Below, piece by piece: positions 53,057-62,041 of a stretch of 64,000 nucleotides of DNA. The notes under the pieces were generated by a model, which had not been told where the DNA came from, did not search any database, and was given only the letters and a program-made list of their open reading frames with translations. The DNA is from a virus. Positions within the stretch are counted from its first letter, which is position 1. Each line of letters opens with the position of its first letter. Made by a program: the position numbers and the translations under genes. The stretch lies in the IMG/VR virus record IMGVR_UViG_3300031949_000014. One strand, given 5' to 3'.

Positions 53057-53712
53057 CGTCTCCTGCTTGGCGAAGAAAGAACGGAGGCGACAGCCTCCAC
53101 CGTGACATGGAACGCCTCACGCAGCTTCTTTGCCTCGTGTGCGTTCTTTCGGCACAGCTCGAAGAACTGGCTCGAACGCTCCACTGAGCGAAGAAGTTCT
53201 AACATTGCTTCAGTTAGGTAGGGCTCCAAGAGCTTCCGATCCACCCCGGACGACAGCAGAAATCCGAGTCGAATGACGTCGGTCTCGTCCTTCTCCCCTT
53301 TGCGGCTCCCGCGCCGGTTCTGGTAAGCATCGAGCTTCAAGAGCAAGAGGTGTTCGAGGCTCGCGACCCTCACACCGTCGATGACGACCGACGCAGCCTC
53401 GATGTCCTCGTACCGCACGCGCAAGCTATTGTTGCGCTCCACGTAGACGTCGAAGTCAATGCCGTCCTTGATGACTTGATGCTTGCCAAGCCTCTTGTTC
53501 GAGACCACCTCCTCGGCGTCGCGCAGCTCCGCGAAGTCCTCCAACGAGATGTAGAAATCCCCATCGTGGCTGTACCCGATGAACGCCTTCCGCTTCCCCT
53601 TGACGTGGAGGTAGACCGCGACCCCGCCGATGAAAATGATTCTCTCGCCAAACTGGTCGGACAGATCCCGAACACCTTTCCAAACGCGCTGCCATTCTTC
53701 AGGGGCTTCCAT
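53053..53712 (-). CDS. Pol-beta-superfamily nucleotidyltransferase (AbiEii/type IV TA toxin-like)
   Basis: IFIGGVAV, SHDGDFY, DVY, ASLEHLLLLKL, KDETD. Confidence 0.75.
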   Translation of the reverse strand: MEAPEEWQRVWKGVRDLSDQFGERIIFIGGVAVYLHVKGKRKAFIGYSHDGDFYISLEDFAELRDAEEVVSNKRLGKHQVIKDGIDFDVYVERNNSLRVRYEDIEAASVVIDGVRVASLEHLLLLKLDAYQNRRGSRKGEKDETDVIRLGFLLSSGVDRKLLEPYLTEAMLELLRSVERSSQFFELCRKNAHEAKKLREAFHVTVEAVASVLSSPSRRR

Positions 53713-53715
53713 GCA

Positions 53716-53742
53716 GACTTTCGTAACACGGTTACGAAAGTC
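53716..53742. promoter_or_regulatory. Perfect 12-bp inverted repeat over the NTase promoter
   Basis: GACTTTCGTAAC-acg-GTTACGAAAGTC; minus strand TTGCAC-N17-TACGAA. Confidence 0.7.
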
Positions 53743-53805
53743 GTGCAAGCAAAACGCGTTCAGGAGCGCGACGCCGAGCGAGCGGGCGACGATGGTCGCC
53801 TAGCT

Positions 53806-54252
53806 TCACCGACGCCGAGCGCGGATAGCGCGTTGGACGCGTGTACTCGCAGACGCAACGACGGCCTCGTGCGTCATCTTCTGCACCGCATCGAGCATCC
53901 CGAAGAGCTCGTGCGACGAGGGGCACGAATCCCCGTGGAAGCACTCGCCGTGCAGAGCGAGCCTCGCGTTTGCGAAGGCATTCAAGAGAGTGCCGTTCTT
54001 CATGCGGGCGAGCTTTTCGAGGTCTTCGAGCACATCCTTCCGGCCTGTAGCTCCTCCAGGCGCCTTCCTCCCCATGTTCTTGGCCGCGACGTCCGCCGCG
54101 GAGGAGGCGGCGAGCCACGCCTTGTTCGCCGCCTGGCGGACCCCTAAGTCGTCTCGCTCGCGAAAGGCGCGCTTCGCCTCCGCGATCGCGCGAGCGGCAA
54201 TCTCCACCGGGTTGTCCGTCGCCGCTTCGAAGCCGTTCTTACGCTTCTTCAT
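53806..54252 (-). CDS. HEPN-like (PaREP1-type) protein
   Basis: RQAANKAWLAASSA...NARLALHGECFHG. Confidence 0.6.
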   Translation of the reverse strand: MKKRKNGFEAATDNPVEIAARAIAEAKRAFRERDDLGVRQAANKAWLAASSAADVAAKNMGRKAPGGATGRKDVLEDLEKLARMKNGTLLNAFANARLALHGECFHGDSCPSSHELFGMLDAVQKMTHEAVVASASTRVQRAIRARRR

Positions 54253-54300
54253 GTTGCCCATCCTAGCAGCCCGCATCAAGGCCCGCACGGAAAGCGCTCT

Positions 54301-54957
54301 TCACAACTTCTCTTCGCAAACGTAGGCATGAAGCTCCGAGCAGTCTACCGGCATCGTGCCGTCCGCCGTCAGCACGTTGCAGAGCATCGTGTACGGAGGG
54401 GTCGTTGAACCCAAGGTACCAAGCATCCACACGACCTCGCCGCTCCAGTCTCGGATGAAATTGTACTTAGCTGGGTTTTGGTTGGGGAGGTCTATGTTCC
54501 CGATCAAAACCAACCCCGCGATACTGAAGCAAGACGCAACCGCTCCTGCCTTGTCCAACGGGCCTGGGCAGAAGAAATATGCTCTGGTCTCGAACCCCGC
54601 GCACCGACAGTCTGAGTTCGGAAGCTCGAGGCCTTCGCACTCAGGGTCGAGGCCCGGACCAGCATCGACGAGCGCTCCGTCGAGCACACCCCCGTCCACC
54701 ATCTGGGCGTCTGGACCCCCGTCCTCGGCAGCCTCTCCCCCCGCGCCCGCGCCTGTTCCGGACGAACCCCCAGTGCCGGCCGCGCCGCCGCCGCCGTCGA
54801 GGAGCACGAGGCCGTCCGAGCCGCCGCGGCCGCCGGTGAAGAGGCCGGACATGTCGTCACCGGCAGCGCCGCCGGCGCCAGAGGCCGAGGTCGAGGCGAC
54901 GTGGGGGGAGGAGGAGGAGCAAGCGAGGAGGAAGAGGAACAGGATTGCGTGTTTCAT
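54301..54957 (-). CDS. Lipoprotein with Gly-rich linker and C-type-lectin-like domain
   Basis: LLAC lipobox; GGAAG/DGG/DAG linker; YFFC...ASC...VWMLG...AYVCE. Confidence 0.7.
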   Translation of the reverse strand: MKHAILFLFLLACSSSSPHVASTSASGAGGAAGDDMSGLFTGGRGGSDGLVLLDGGGGAAGTGGSSGTGAGAGGEAAEDGGPDAQMVDGGVLDGALVDAGPGLDPECEGLELPNSDCRCAGFETRAYFFCPGPLDKAGAVASCFSIAGLVLIGNIDLPNQNPAKYNFIRDWSGEVVWMLGTLGSTTPPYTMLCNVLTADGTMPVDCSELHAYVCEEKL

Positions 54958-55484
54958 CGTGGCCACCTTCCGTATTTTGCAAACTCCGCCCAGGGTTCGA
55001 GAACCTTACGGGCGGCCTTGACGTTGTCGCGATCTTTCCACCAACGATCACTCGGGCGAGGAAGCGCGATGGTACGCGACGGGTAATCCGTCTTCACCTC
55101 CGAGAGCGGTCCCAACCCAAGCATCCCGCCAACACGTCCGAGAAGGATGACGCCGCCAGCTTCGAAACGGAGATGGTTCCATTCACGCTTTGCCGACCGC
55201 ATCAGGAACAAAACCTCGCCCGTCTTCGCCCGCCCAGTCCAACACAGCAGGAGGTTGAGCGCATCGACGTTCTCGAGCAGCTCGTCGCGGTCTTTGAAGC
55301 CGAAGAGATCCGCGAGCTTCTCACCTTTTGCGCCGCCGAGGACCTTCTGGCCTATGCGCGAGGGGGACTCGTCGACGACGACGAGCAAGCGCTCCGGCGA
55401 GCCGACATGCACGACGCCCGTCTTCGTGACGACGTGCCAGTTCTCGACGTGCGCGAAGCGCTTCTGGTAGTCAATGGGTTTCAT
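54954..55484 (-). CDS. Divergent uracil-DNA glycosylase-superfamily-like protein
   Basis: LLVVVDESP...GGAKGEKL...NLL...VILLGR...LPRPS. Confidence 0.45.
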   Translation of the reverse strand: MKPIDYQKRFAHVENWHVVTKTGVVHVGSPERLLVVVDESPSRIGQKVLGGAKGEKLADLFGFKDRDELLENVDALNLLLCWTGRAKTGEVLFLMRSAKREWNHLRFEAGGVILLGRVGGMLGLGPLSEVKTDYPSRTIALPRPSDRWWKDRDNVKAARKVLEPWAEFAKYGRWPR

Positions 55485-55678
55485 CAGTGATGAAACCTGT
55501 CGCGAAAAGAACTCACCTTGACACGTACCTTGCGCACAGGACCAGAAACACAGTGCTCGTGCCCGAAAGCGTAATCACTACCTGTTCGTCGAAGATAGAC
55601 GTCCGACACCCACTTCTCACAAACTTCGCACGGGCCGAATTTTTCACTGCTGCTCCCTGTGCTCTTAGCGCCGCTCAT
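55484..55678 (-). CDS. Small Zn-binding phage protein
   Basis: GPCEVCEK...FGHEHC. Confidence 0.6.
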   Translation of the reverse strand: MSGAKSTGSSSEKFGPCEVCEKWVSDVYLRRTGSDYAFGHEHCVSGPVRKVRVKVSSFRDRFHH

Positions 55679-55715
55679 CTCGCACCTCCACCCCTAAGAC
55701 GCTTGCGCAAGCGCG

Positions 55716-56252
55716 TTATTCTCTCCGGTCTTCTTCCCACGGCGCCGCCGGCCCACCTCGCCTGGACAGCACGAAATCCCGCCAGCCGCACCGCATCTTC
55801 GTCTCTCGATCCCAGAAATGCCACCCCTTCCTGGTCTTGGGCCCGACCAGGAACAGCGACCAGGCATCTTCTTCGAACAGATCTACGCGGTGAAACGTAC
55901 TCGCCCAGAGGAAGTTGAGGTGGCCGGGCCGGACGTCTCGGCGCACGACGCGGTCCCCGACCCTGCGTTCCTCGCTGTAGCCGCCCACCAGGACGAAAGC
56001 GACCGCCCAGTGCCATGGGTGAGAGTGCAAGGCAGAGTCGTCGTCCGAGCGGTGGAAGCGGTGGAGGAATAACTTCGGGAGCCATTCCGGCGTCGACTCT
56101 TGACGGGCGTCGAAGAGGTCGGGGTCGACTTCGCCTTGGGATGACGAGAGATAGTAGCGGCTGAGGTAGGGGCGGCCGCCCTCGCGATCGAAGATGACGC
56201 GCGGGCGTGGGAGGAGAGCAGAGGCGATGATGAGAGCGCGGCGGACCTTCAC
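55716..56252 (-). CDS. Cupin-like phage protein
   Basis: PYLSRYYL...FLHRFHRSDDD.ALHSHPW...GGYSE...FHRV. Confidence 0.7.
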   Translation of the reverse strand: MKVRRALIIASALLPRPRVIFDREGGRPYLSRYYLSSSQGEVDPDLFDARQESTPEWLPKLFLHRFHRSDDDSALHSHPWHWAVAFVLVGGYSEERRVGDRVVRRDVRPGHLNFLWASTFHRVDLFEEDAWSLFLVGPKTRKGWHFWDRETKMRCGWRDFVLSRRGGPAAPWEEDRRE

Positions 56253-56446
56253 TTGATGTACACCGTGGAGTAGCTCGAGATGTCCCAGGCGATTTCGTGC
56301 TTCGGATCGTGCGCGAACCCCACGCGAAGCGCGACGGCTTTTCGTCCCGCATCGTCGCCCCAGAACGTCTCTCTCACGACCTCGACCTTGCAGTCGTGGC
56401 AGTAGCCGCTCACGGTTGAAGAGTCTCGGTCGTCGTGCTTCTTCAT
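56249..56446 (-). CDS. Small hypothetical protein
   Basis: Coupled; CHDC. Confidence 0.5.
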   Translation of the reverse strand: MKKHDDRDSSTVSGYCHDCKVEVVRETFWGDDAGRKAVALRVGFAHDPKHEIAWDISSYSTVYIK

Positions 56447-56853
56447 CGCTTCTTCTTGAGAGCTTCGATGACGAGCTTGACTGCCCCGAGCGCGTCTCCG
56501 GCAGCGGCTTTCTCTTCAGCCTCGACGAGGGCATTGGAGAGGATGTTGGAGTTTCGCGCTACTTTCAACTCTTGGCGTTTGGAGATCTCGCTCGCTAGCT
56601 GGCGCTTACGCGCGACCATGTGCGTCAATGCACGTCGGGCTGCGTGTCGGCGCTCGGGGTCTCGATTCACGTCTCCGACATGTTCGTTCACGCGAACGAC
56701 AGCGGCTTTGATCTCGAGGAAGAGCGCTTCGAGTCGCTCTCGGTCCATCTCAGAAATCTTCTTCGCGAACTCCTCGATCGTCTCGGACTGCCACCAAGCG
56801 CGGCCTTCGGGCGAACGCGCCCCCATGCCGGGATACAAGATGTTGTCTGTCAT
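56443..56853 (-). CDS. Hypothetical coiled-coil protein
   Basis: ATGA overlaps. Confidence 0.55.
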   Translation of the reverse strand: MTDNILYPGMGARSPEGRAWWQSETIEEFAKKISEMDRERLEALFLEIKAAVVRVNEHVGDVNRDPERRHAARRALTHMVARKRQLASEISKRQELKVARNSNILSNALVEAEEKAAAGDALGAVKLVIEALKKKR

Positions 56854-57194
56854 TCCCCGAGTCTCCTGACAGGTTTCTTGAAGGTGCCGTCTTTACGGAT
56901 CTGCTCCGCAAGCTTGAGCAACGCCTTACCGTTCTTCTTCCCCTTGGAGTTGCCACGCCGCCGCTTGGAGACGATCGTGCGTTTTGCTTTTTTCAAGGCA
57001 TCGAACGTGAGCCCGTCGCACATACTGGGTTTCTCGCTCAACTCCGCGCCGCACCACGGGCAGAACCGGACGATCGCTAGGAACTTCTCGGTCTTGCGCT
57101 CGACGAGCTTCCACGGGCCGCCATCTTCGTGGCCGATAGACTGAAGGCCGAGGCCGTCGGAAACGCAGGGATGGGATTCAGCGCGCTTGGGCAT
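56850..57194 (-). CDS. Hypothetical protein with FCPWCG Zn site and basic tail
   Basis: HPC...FCPWCG. Confidence 0.55.
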   Translation of the reverse strand: MPKRAESHPCVSDGLGLQSIGHEDGGPWKLVERKTEKFLAIVRFCPWCGAELSEKPSMCDGLTFDALKKAKRTIVSKRRRGNSKGKKNGKALLKLAEQIRKDGTFKKPVRRLGE

Positions 57195-57280
57195 CTACCA
57201 ACCCCCCACGAAAACAGACCACGCGAGTTCGGCGCCAACAACGAACGCCCAGCATTGCATGAAGTTGTCGAGCTCTGCGG

Positions 57281-58243
57281 TCATCGCGACCTGTGTCCAC
57301 CGTCGGGCGCCCACGCCGGCGCAGGCATCTTCCATGCTCGGCCTTTGTCGGGCCGGAGCCTGGCGCTGAAGATGTTCTTGATCCTGTTGAGACACGGAGA
57401 GCGGTCTCGGTCACTGAGGTTCCGCCCGACGAGCCAGGAGTTGTAGTCGACATCCGCACTCAGCGACATGAGGCACTGCTTGAACTGCTCGAGCGTGATC
57501 GGCTCGCTTCGCGAGTTCGAGTGCAAGAGGGAGACCTTTCCAGGCCCTGAAACGATGCGGCGGTAGAGCCACATACAGATCGTCATGTTCAACGCCGACC
57601 ACAAACGGTAGTACTCCGGGTCTCTCCCCCAGGCTGAGTAGGCCTGCTTCAAGAAACGCAAGAGCTCGGTGGTGTCGTCCTCCGTCAGGTTCTGCGCGAT
57701 GTCGAGCGCCGGCTTGCTCGACGCCGGAATATCGGACGCCGAGGCGTGCCAACACCGCAAAAGCGCAGACAACGAGAGGATGGGGGTCTTGTCCCCCCTC
57801 CGAACCATGTCGTAGCCGACGTACGGACACTCCACGCGAATCTTCCCGAGCATCGGCAGCGAATCCTCGATGCCGCGCAGGATGTCGTCTGGGCGCAACG
57901 TCACGAGCCTCGAGTTGAGGTTCACGAACTCCCTGCCCATGTCGGCCATCGTCTCGAAGTCGTGGATGCGGATGTCCGCCATGCCTTCCCCCAACCCCGA
58001 CATGAGGAAGGCTTCCCTCCGGTGCTGCCCATCAATTAGGTAGCGCTTCTTGCCGAGCACGCCGAACGTCAACATCCCCGGCAGGACGCCGCCTTCTGCC
58101 TTGATAGTCTCCGCCAGCGTTGTCACCTTGGCGTTCACACGGAGAGGGCGTTGAAACGGCGGCAAGAGCCACGACCGCGCCTCCTGCGGGGTGAAGACGA
58201 TTGTGTCAACCGTTGCCTTGGATTTCGCTTTCGTCACAGTCAA
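57281..58243 (-). CDS. ParB/Srx-like DGQHR-domain protein
   Basis: FQRPL...YLIDGQHRREA...EFVNLN. Confidence 0.8.
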   Translation of the reverse strand: MTVTKAKSKATVDTIVFTPQEARSWLLPPFQRPLRVNAKVTTLAETIKAEGGVLPGMLTFGVLGKKRYLIDGQHRREAFLMSGLGEGMADIRIHDFETMADMGREFVNLNSRLVTLRPDDILRGIEDSLPMLGKIRVECPYVGYDMVRRGDKTPILSLSALLRCWHASASDIPASSKPALDIAQNLTEDDTTELLRFLKQAYSAWGRDPEYYRLWSALNMTICMWLYRRIVSGPGKVSLLHSNSRSEPITLEQFKQCLMSLSADVDYNSWLVGRNLSDRDRSPCLNRIKNIFSARLRPDKGRAWKMPAPAWAPDGGHRSR

Positions 58244-58752
58244 TCCCCCTCTGACGGCGCTGACTTCTCTGTCTCCAGCTTGAACGGCGACACGACGATG
58301 CGCGGTTCGACGTAGACAGGTCGCGCTTCTTTGCCGTCAGGGTCGCTGCACATCACCCACGTTCCTTCGGCCGCTGCTGGTGAGAAGAGGCCGTTCGGAT
58401 CTGCTTGCGGGATCGTGACTACAGTGCCTCCCGAACTGTAGTCGATCTTCTCAGGATTCGTGAACTGCGTCGCATACGGAAGCCCGTAGCCCACCGAGGC
58501 GCACAGGAACGTGAACTGCCCCGTCATCTCGGCAAAGACGTAGGTGTACGTTGCAAGGCCTGTCTGATCGCGCAATTCGATGATGTCCTTCAAGAGCTTA
58601 CGCTCGCGGAAGTTCTTGATCGCGGGCATACCGACCTGCGACGTACCCTCCGCAAGAACGCGCTCCTGCTGGTCGCGCTGGATGTCGTCGCTCGAAGGTT
58701 CGCAGTTGCGCGAAGCCATCAACAACGGGATCAAGATCAACAGCTTCTTCAT
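58240..58752 (-). CDS. Conserved secreted/lipo phage protein
   Basis: GYGLPYATQFTNP...PQADPNGLFSP...EGTWVMC. Confidence 0.75.
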   Translation of the reverse strand: MKKLLILIPLLMASRNCEPSSDDIQRDQQERVLAEGTSQVGMPAIKNFRERKLLKDIIELRDQTGLATYTYVFAEMTGQFTFLCASVGYGLPYATQFTNPEKIDYSSGGTVVTIPQADPNGLFSPAAAEGTWVMCSDPDGKEARPVYVEPRIVVSPFKLETEKSAPSEGD

Positions 58753-59081
58753 GGCTCGGTCCTCCGGTTTCGCAGGTTGGAAATGAACACTCTCAAGTCC
58801 GAGGGCAACTTGTTCTCGTCGTAGTCCGCAGCGCGGTGCAAGATGATCGAGGCGAGCGCAGCCTTGTGCTCCGGCGCGGCTTTCTCGTACTCGAACTGCA
58901 TGTTCTGCAGCTCCTGGATCACTCCCTGGTTGTACGCCTTCGACTGCTCGAAGACCTCGCGGCGCACCTGCTCCTGCTTTGAGGCGAAGTACTTGTAGAG
59001 AAAAAAGTGGTTACCTTGCAGCACCCAAGTGAGCGCCAACAAAGCGATGACGGCCGCAATTCCGAGTCCGAGCTCTCTCAT
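58749..59081 (-). CDS. Membrane-anchored partner of 58240-58752
   Basis: N-terminal TM; VRREVFEQSKAYNQG. Confidence 0.7.
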   Translation of the reverse strand: MRELGLGIAAVIALLALTWVLQGNHFFLYKYFASKQEQVRREVFEQSKAYNQGVIQELQNMQFEYEKAAPEHKAALASIILHRAADYDENKLPSDLRVFISNLRNRRTEP

Positions 59082-59761
59082 GCTGTCCTCCTGTTCAAAG
59101 TTTCCAACCTCGTCCTCGTGTGCTCCATCGCCTCTGCTTGGATGTCGCAGCCAAGGAAATTTCGCTGGAGCCTCAAAGCCGCAACGCCAACGCTCCCGCT
59201 CCCGCAGAAGGGGTCTACAACCGTCTCCCCTGGCTGACTACTCTGCGCGATGAGCACCTCGCTCACCTCGACAGGCTTCTCGGTCGGATACCCGTTGCGA
59301 ACACGCTTGCACGGAATGACGTCCGCGATGCCCAGGTTGTTGAGCTTTCGCTTGCCCTTCTCGAAGAAGAGGATGAACTCGTAGCGACAACGGTAGTGGT
59401 ATCCCATGCCAACGGAAAGTTTGTCCCACACGATAGGCTTCCAGAACTTGAACCCGACCTTCTCAGCGACAGGCTTGGCGACGAACATCGTCTCCTGGTC
59501 GCAGAAGAAGTAGAAGTGCGCATTCTTCTGCAGCACGCGGTAGACCTCGACGAAGAGCTCCTCGAAGCGCTCGTTCTTGAAGATGGGGAACCAGTCGTTC
59601 GAGGAGGCTTTCGAGTGCTTGAGGCGGGTCGTGGTGCCGATGGCGCGGTGCTTCTCGAGCGACTCATAGGCGACATCGGTGATGCAGAGATCTACCTCGC
59701 CGTCCGGCAATCTCTTGAGATACTTGACGGCGTCTGCTTGCTCGACGTTGAAGACGGTCAC
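59078..59761 (-). CDS. Beta-class N6-A/N4-C DNA methyltransferase
   Basis: TDVAY (DPPY-like), YPTEKP, VVDPFCGSGS. Confidence 0.88.
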   Translation of the reverse strand: MTVFNVEQADAVKYLKRLPDGEVDLCITDVAYESLEKHRAIGTTTRLKHSKASSNDWFPIFKNERFEELFVEVYRVLQKNAHFYFFCDQETMFVAKPVAEKVGFKFWKPIVWDKLSVGMGYHYRCRYEFILFFEKGKRKLNNLGIADVIPCKRVRNGYPTEKPVEVSEVLIAQSSQPGETVVDPFCGSGSVGVAALRLQRNFLGCDIQAEAMEHTRTRLETLNRRTA

Positions 59762-60048
59762 TCTTTGTTCCCCTCTTCGAGCGCCCGACCTTCGGCGTAC
59801 TCACGGAGCTTCGTCAACCCAGCGACGAGGTCGCCGAACGCATTCTGCACTTGAAGCTCCGGGTCTTCGAGCAGGCGGTCTACGATAGAAATTTCGTTGC
59901 CGAGGTGCGTCCATAGTTCGCGGGAGACCTCGACGCCGCCCAGAATCAAGCGCAGCTGCTCGGCAATCTCTTTGAAAGACGGACAGCACGGGCATCTGCC
60001 GAGAGCATCGAGCTTGTTGGCGCAAAACACACAGTGTGTTGCGGTCAC
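59758..60048 (-). CDS. Hypothetical protein, N-terminal Cys cluster
   Basis: HCVFC...CPCCP. Confidence 0.5.
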   Translation of the reverse strand: MTATHCVFCANKLDALGRCPCCPSFKEIAEQLRLILGGVEVSRELWTHLGNEISIVDRLLEDPELQVQNAFGDLVAGLTKLREYAEGRALEEGNKE

Positions 60049-60202
60049 GGCGACTTCTCAACTTCCTCAAGCATTTCCTGCCCGAGAGCAAGGATGCGCC
60101 GCAGCGTGGCCTTGATCCCTTCCTTGTTCCCTTGAAGGTAAGCCGTATCGACAGCGTCGACCTCGTGCCAGAGCGCGCGCAGGTTCTGGCGTGGCGTCTT
60201 CT

Positions 60203-60583
60203 TCACATCGCCCTCCAAGCCAAGTTTGCGAGCGCAGCAAGCGCGACGTCGATGCGCGGAACGTCTCCAGCCAAGAACGCCGTCCTGGCTTCCTGGCACA
60301 CCGCAGCGATGCGAGCCTCAAGGTCAGGCGCGAGCGCTCCGTGCGCGAGGTCGGCTTGGCCTTTGGCGCGGTCGTGGGCGGCGTCCCAGGGCGTTACGTG
60401 CCAGCTCGTGGATCCTCCGCCGCTGACCTTCGGGAACGCCGCCATAGCCGCGGGCAGGGCCGCGCGGTAGGTCGCCCACCAGGCGTCGTGCCGCGCGGCT
60501 TCGGCATTCTCGCGTTGCCTTTGTTCGTGGAGTTTGCTGATGAGACGAATATGTTCAACGTCCTTCTCTAAAGTCGACATCAT
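60203..60583 (-). CDS. Hypothetical protein
   Basis: Coupled ORF. Confidence 0.55.
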   Translation of the reverse strand: MMSTLEKDVEHIRLISKLHEQRQRENAEAARHDAWWATYRAALPAAMAAFPKVSGGGSTSWHVTPWDAAHDRAKGQADLAHGALAPDLEARIAAVCQEARTAFLAGDVPRIDVALAALANLAWRAM

Positions 60584-61419
60584 CGCTTCTCCAACGTCGG
60601 GTCGCCTTCGGTAGCAATCCGCATGGCGACCACCGCCACCTGCACGGCCTCTTCCTGAACGCGCTCCGGCGTCTCACGCAAGAACGCGGTCGCGACCTCG
60701 CCGACCTCGGAGACCAAGGCTGCGAAACGCCGGCGAGGGTCCGGGTACTTGACCTTGGCGCGGGAGAGCTCGACGACGACGCTCTCGAGGAAGGCTAGTT
60801 CGGCGTCGGACAGACCCGACAGCGCGAGGTCTATCTTCGAGGCTTTTTGCGTTGCTTCCCGCAAAGCCTCTCGGTGCTTCTTCTGTATTTCCACGATGCT
60901 TTGAGCCGCAAGCTCAGTAGGGACCGCGCCTGCGAGAGTTGTCGCAACAGCCTGTTCCACGAACGCCGCCACGCTCTCCGGCGTCGGCAACTTTCCGGGC
61001 GCCCAGAGCTCCGCGCGGACCTTGGCGACGAGCGGGTGTTCGACGGGCGCGGCGGGCGCGGGTTCAGCGGCGCAAGGCAACATCGACAAGAGCTTGACCA
61101 AGTGTCCCCCGGCCGCGACGAGCTCGACCGCGAAGTCAAGATTTGGCTTGAATCTTGGTCTCGCCGTCTCCCTCTCGAAAGCCAACGCTCTTCCGTTCCA
61201 GCGATTGATAAGGTGCAGCACGTCCTCGGCGCGCAAGTCCTTCCTGTTCTTGAGCAGGTCGCAGATGGCACTCCCGGTGTGCACGAGGTTCATCGCCGCG
61301 GAACGAAACTCGACACCGTAGCCCGTGCACTTGAACGAGATGTCGGCCGAGACGCGGAGCCACCGACCGACGGCGCGGTCGACGATCCCGGAGAGGTCTT
61401 CTTCGGTGAGGTCGGTCAT
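60580..61419 (-). CDS. Protein with C-terminal MazG-like dNTP pyrophosphatase domain
   Basis: ALVSEVGEVA...VQEEAVQVAVVAMR. Confidence 0.65.
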   Translation of the reverse strand: MTDLTEEDLSGIVDRAVGRWLRVSADISFKCTGYGVEFRSAAMNLVHTGSAICDLLKNRKDLRAEDVLHLINRWNGRALAFERETARPRFKPNLDFAVELVAAGGHLVKLLSMLPCAAEPAPAAPVEHPLVAKVRAELWAPGKLPTPESVAAFVEQAVATTLAGAVPTELAAQSIVEIQKKHREALREATQKASKIDLALSGLSDAELAFLESVVVELSRAKVKYPDPRRRFAALVSEVGEVATAFLRETPERVQEEAVQVAVVAMRIATEGDPTLEKR

Positions 61420-61751
61420 CGGGTCTCGATCGGCTTCGAAGGGTGCGGCCTCTCCGCGAGTTCGGCCGCCTCCGAGAGCCACTCAGAGACCTTCTCCATG
61501 TTCAGGCGCGCATCGAGGGCTAACTGTCGCTGCACAGCTTCCACGAGCGCTCGAATGCGCTTCTCGTGCCACACCCACGCGGGCTCGACGCCAAGAGGAG
61601 GCGCAGGAAGAACTGGCCGAAGCTCAGCGGGGTTCTCGCCGGTCTCTCCCGGAACGCACGGGTCAAGATAGTCCGTCTTCGAGCAGTTCGGCTTCGGCAC
61701 CCCATCACCAAAGCTGAACAACTGCTCGCAGACCCTGCAGCGCGCCCGCAT
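61416..61751 (-). CDS. Hypothetical protein
   Basis: Coupled; CRVC. Confidence 0.5.
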   Translation of the reverse strand: MRARCRVCEQLFSFGDGVPKPNCSKTDYLDPCVPGETGENPAELRPVLPAPPLGVEPAWVWHEKRIRALVEAVQRQLALDARLNMEKVSEWLSEAAELAERPHPSKPIETR

Positions 61752-61978
61752 CACGTCACAACCGCGATCGTCGTCTCCGCTGGCTTCCTGGGCTTCGTCG
61801 CCTTGTAGCAGCCGGGACTCACGCGCTCGGCGTCGCCGCGCTTGACCAGGCGCGGGAGCATGCCGCGGAGCGTGTTTGCATTGATGCCGAGCTTCTCTCC
61901 GATGCTCGGAAGGAACTGCGCCGTCGGGTAGATGTCCTGCAGGAAGGCCAGGACGCGGTCTGTCTTGTGGTCGGACAT
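61751..61978 (-). CDS. Winged-HTH protein
   Basis: AGGAG RBS; IGEKLGINANTLRGMLPRLVKRGDAERVSPGCY. Confidence 0.7.
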   Translation of the reverse strand: MSDHKTDRVLAFLQDIYPTAQFLPSIGEKLGINANTLRGMLPRLVKRGDAERVSPGCYKATKPRKPAETTIAVVT

Positions 61979-62023
61979 CGGACTCCTTGGGGAAAGAGAA
62001 GAGGGTTCTACGTTGAGACGCGC

Positions 62024-62041
62024 AGATGCGCAAGTGCATTC
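62024..62041. repeat. 18-bp direct repeat, copy 1 (promoter/operator)
   Basis: AGATGCGCAAGTGCATTC; minus strand TTGCGC-N17-TAGAAC. Confidence 0.85.
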
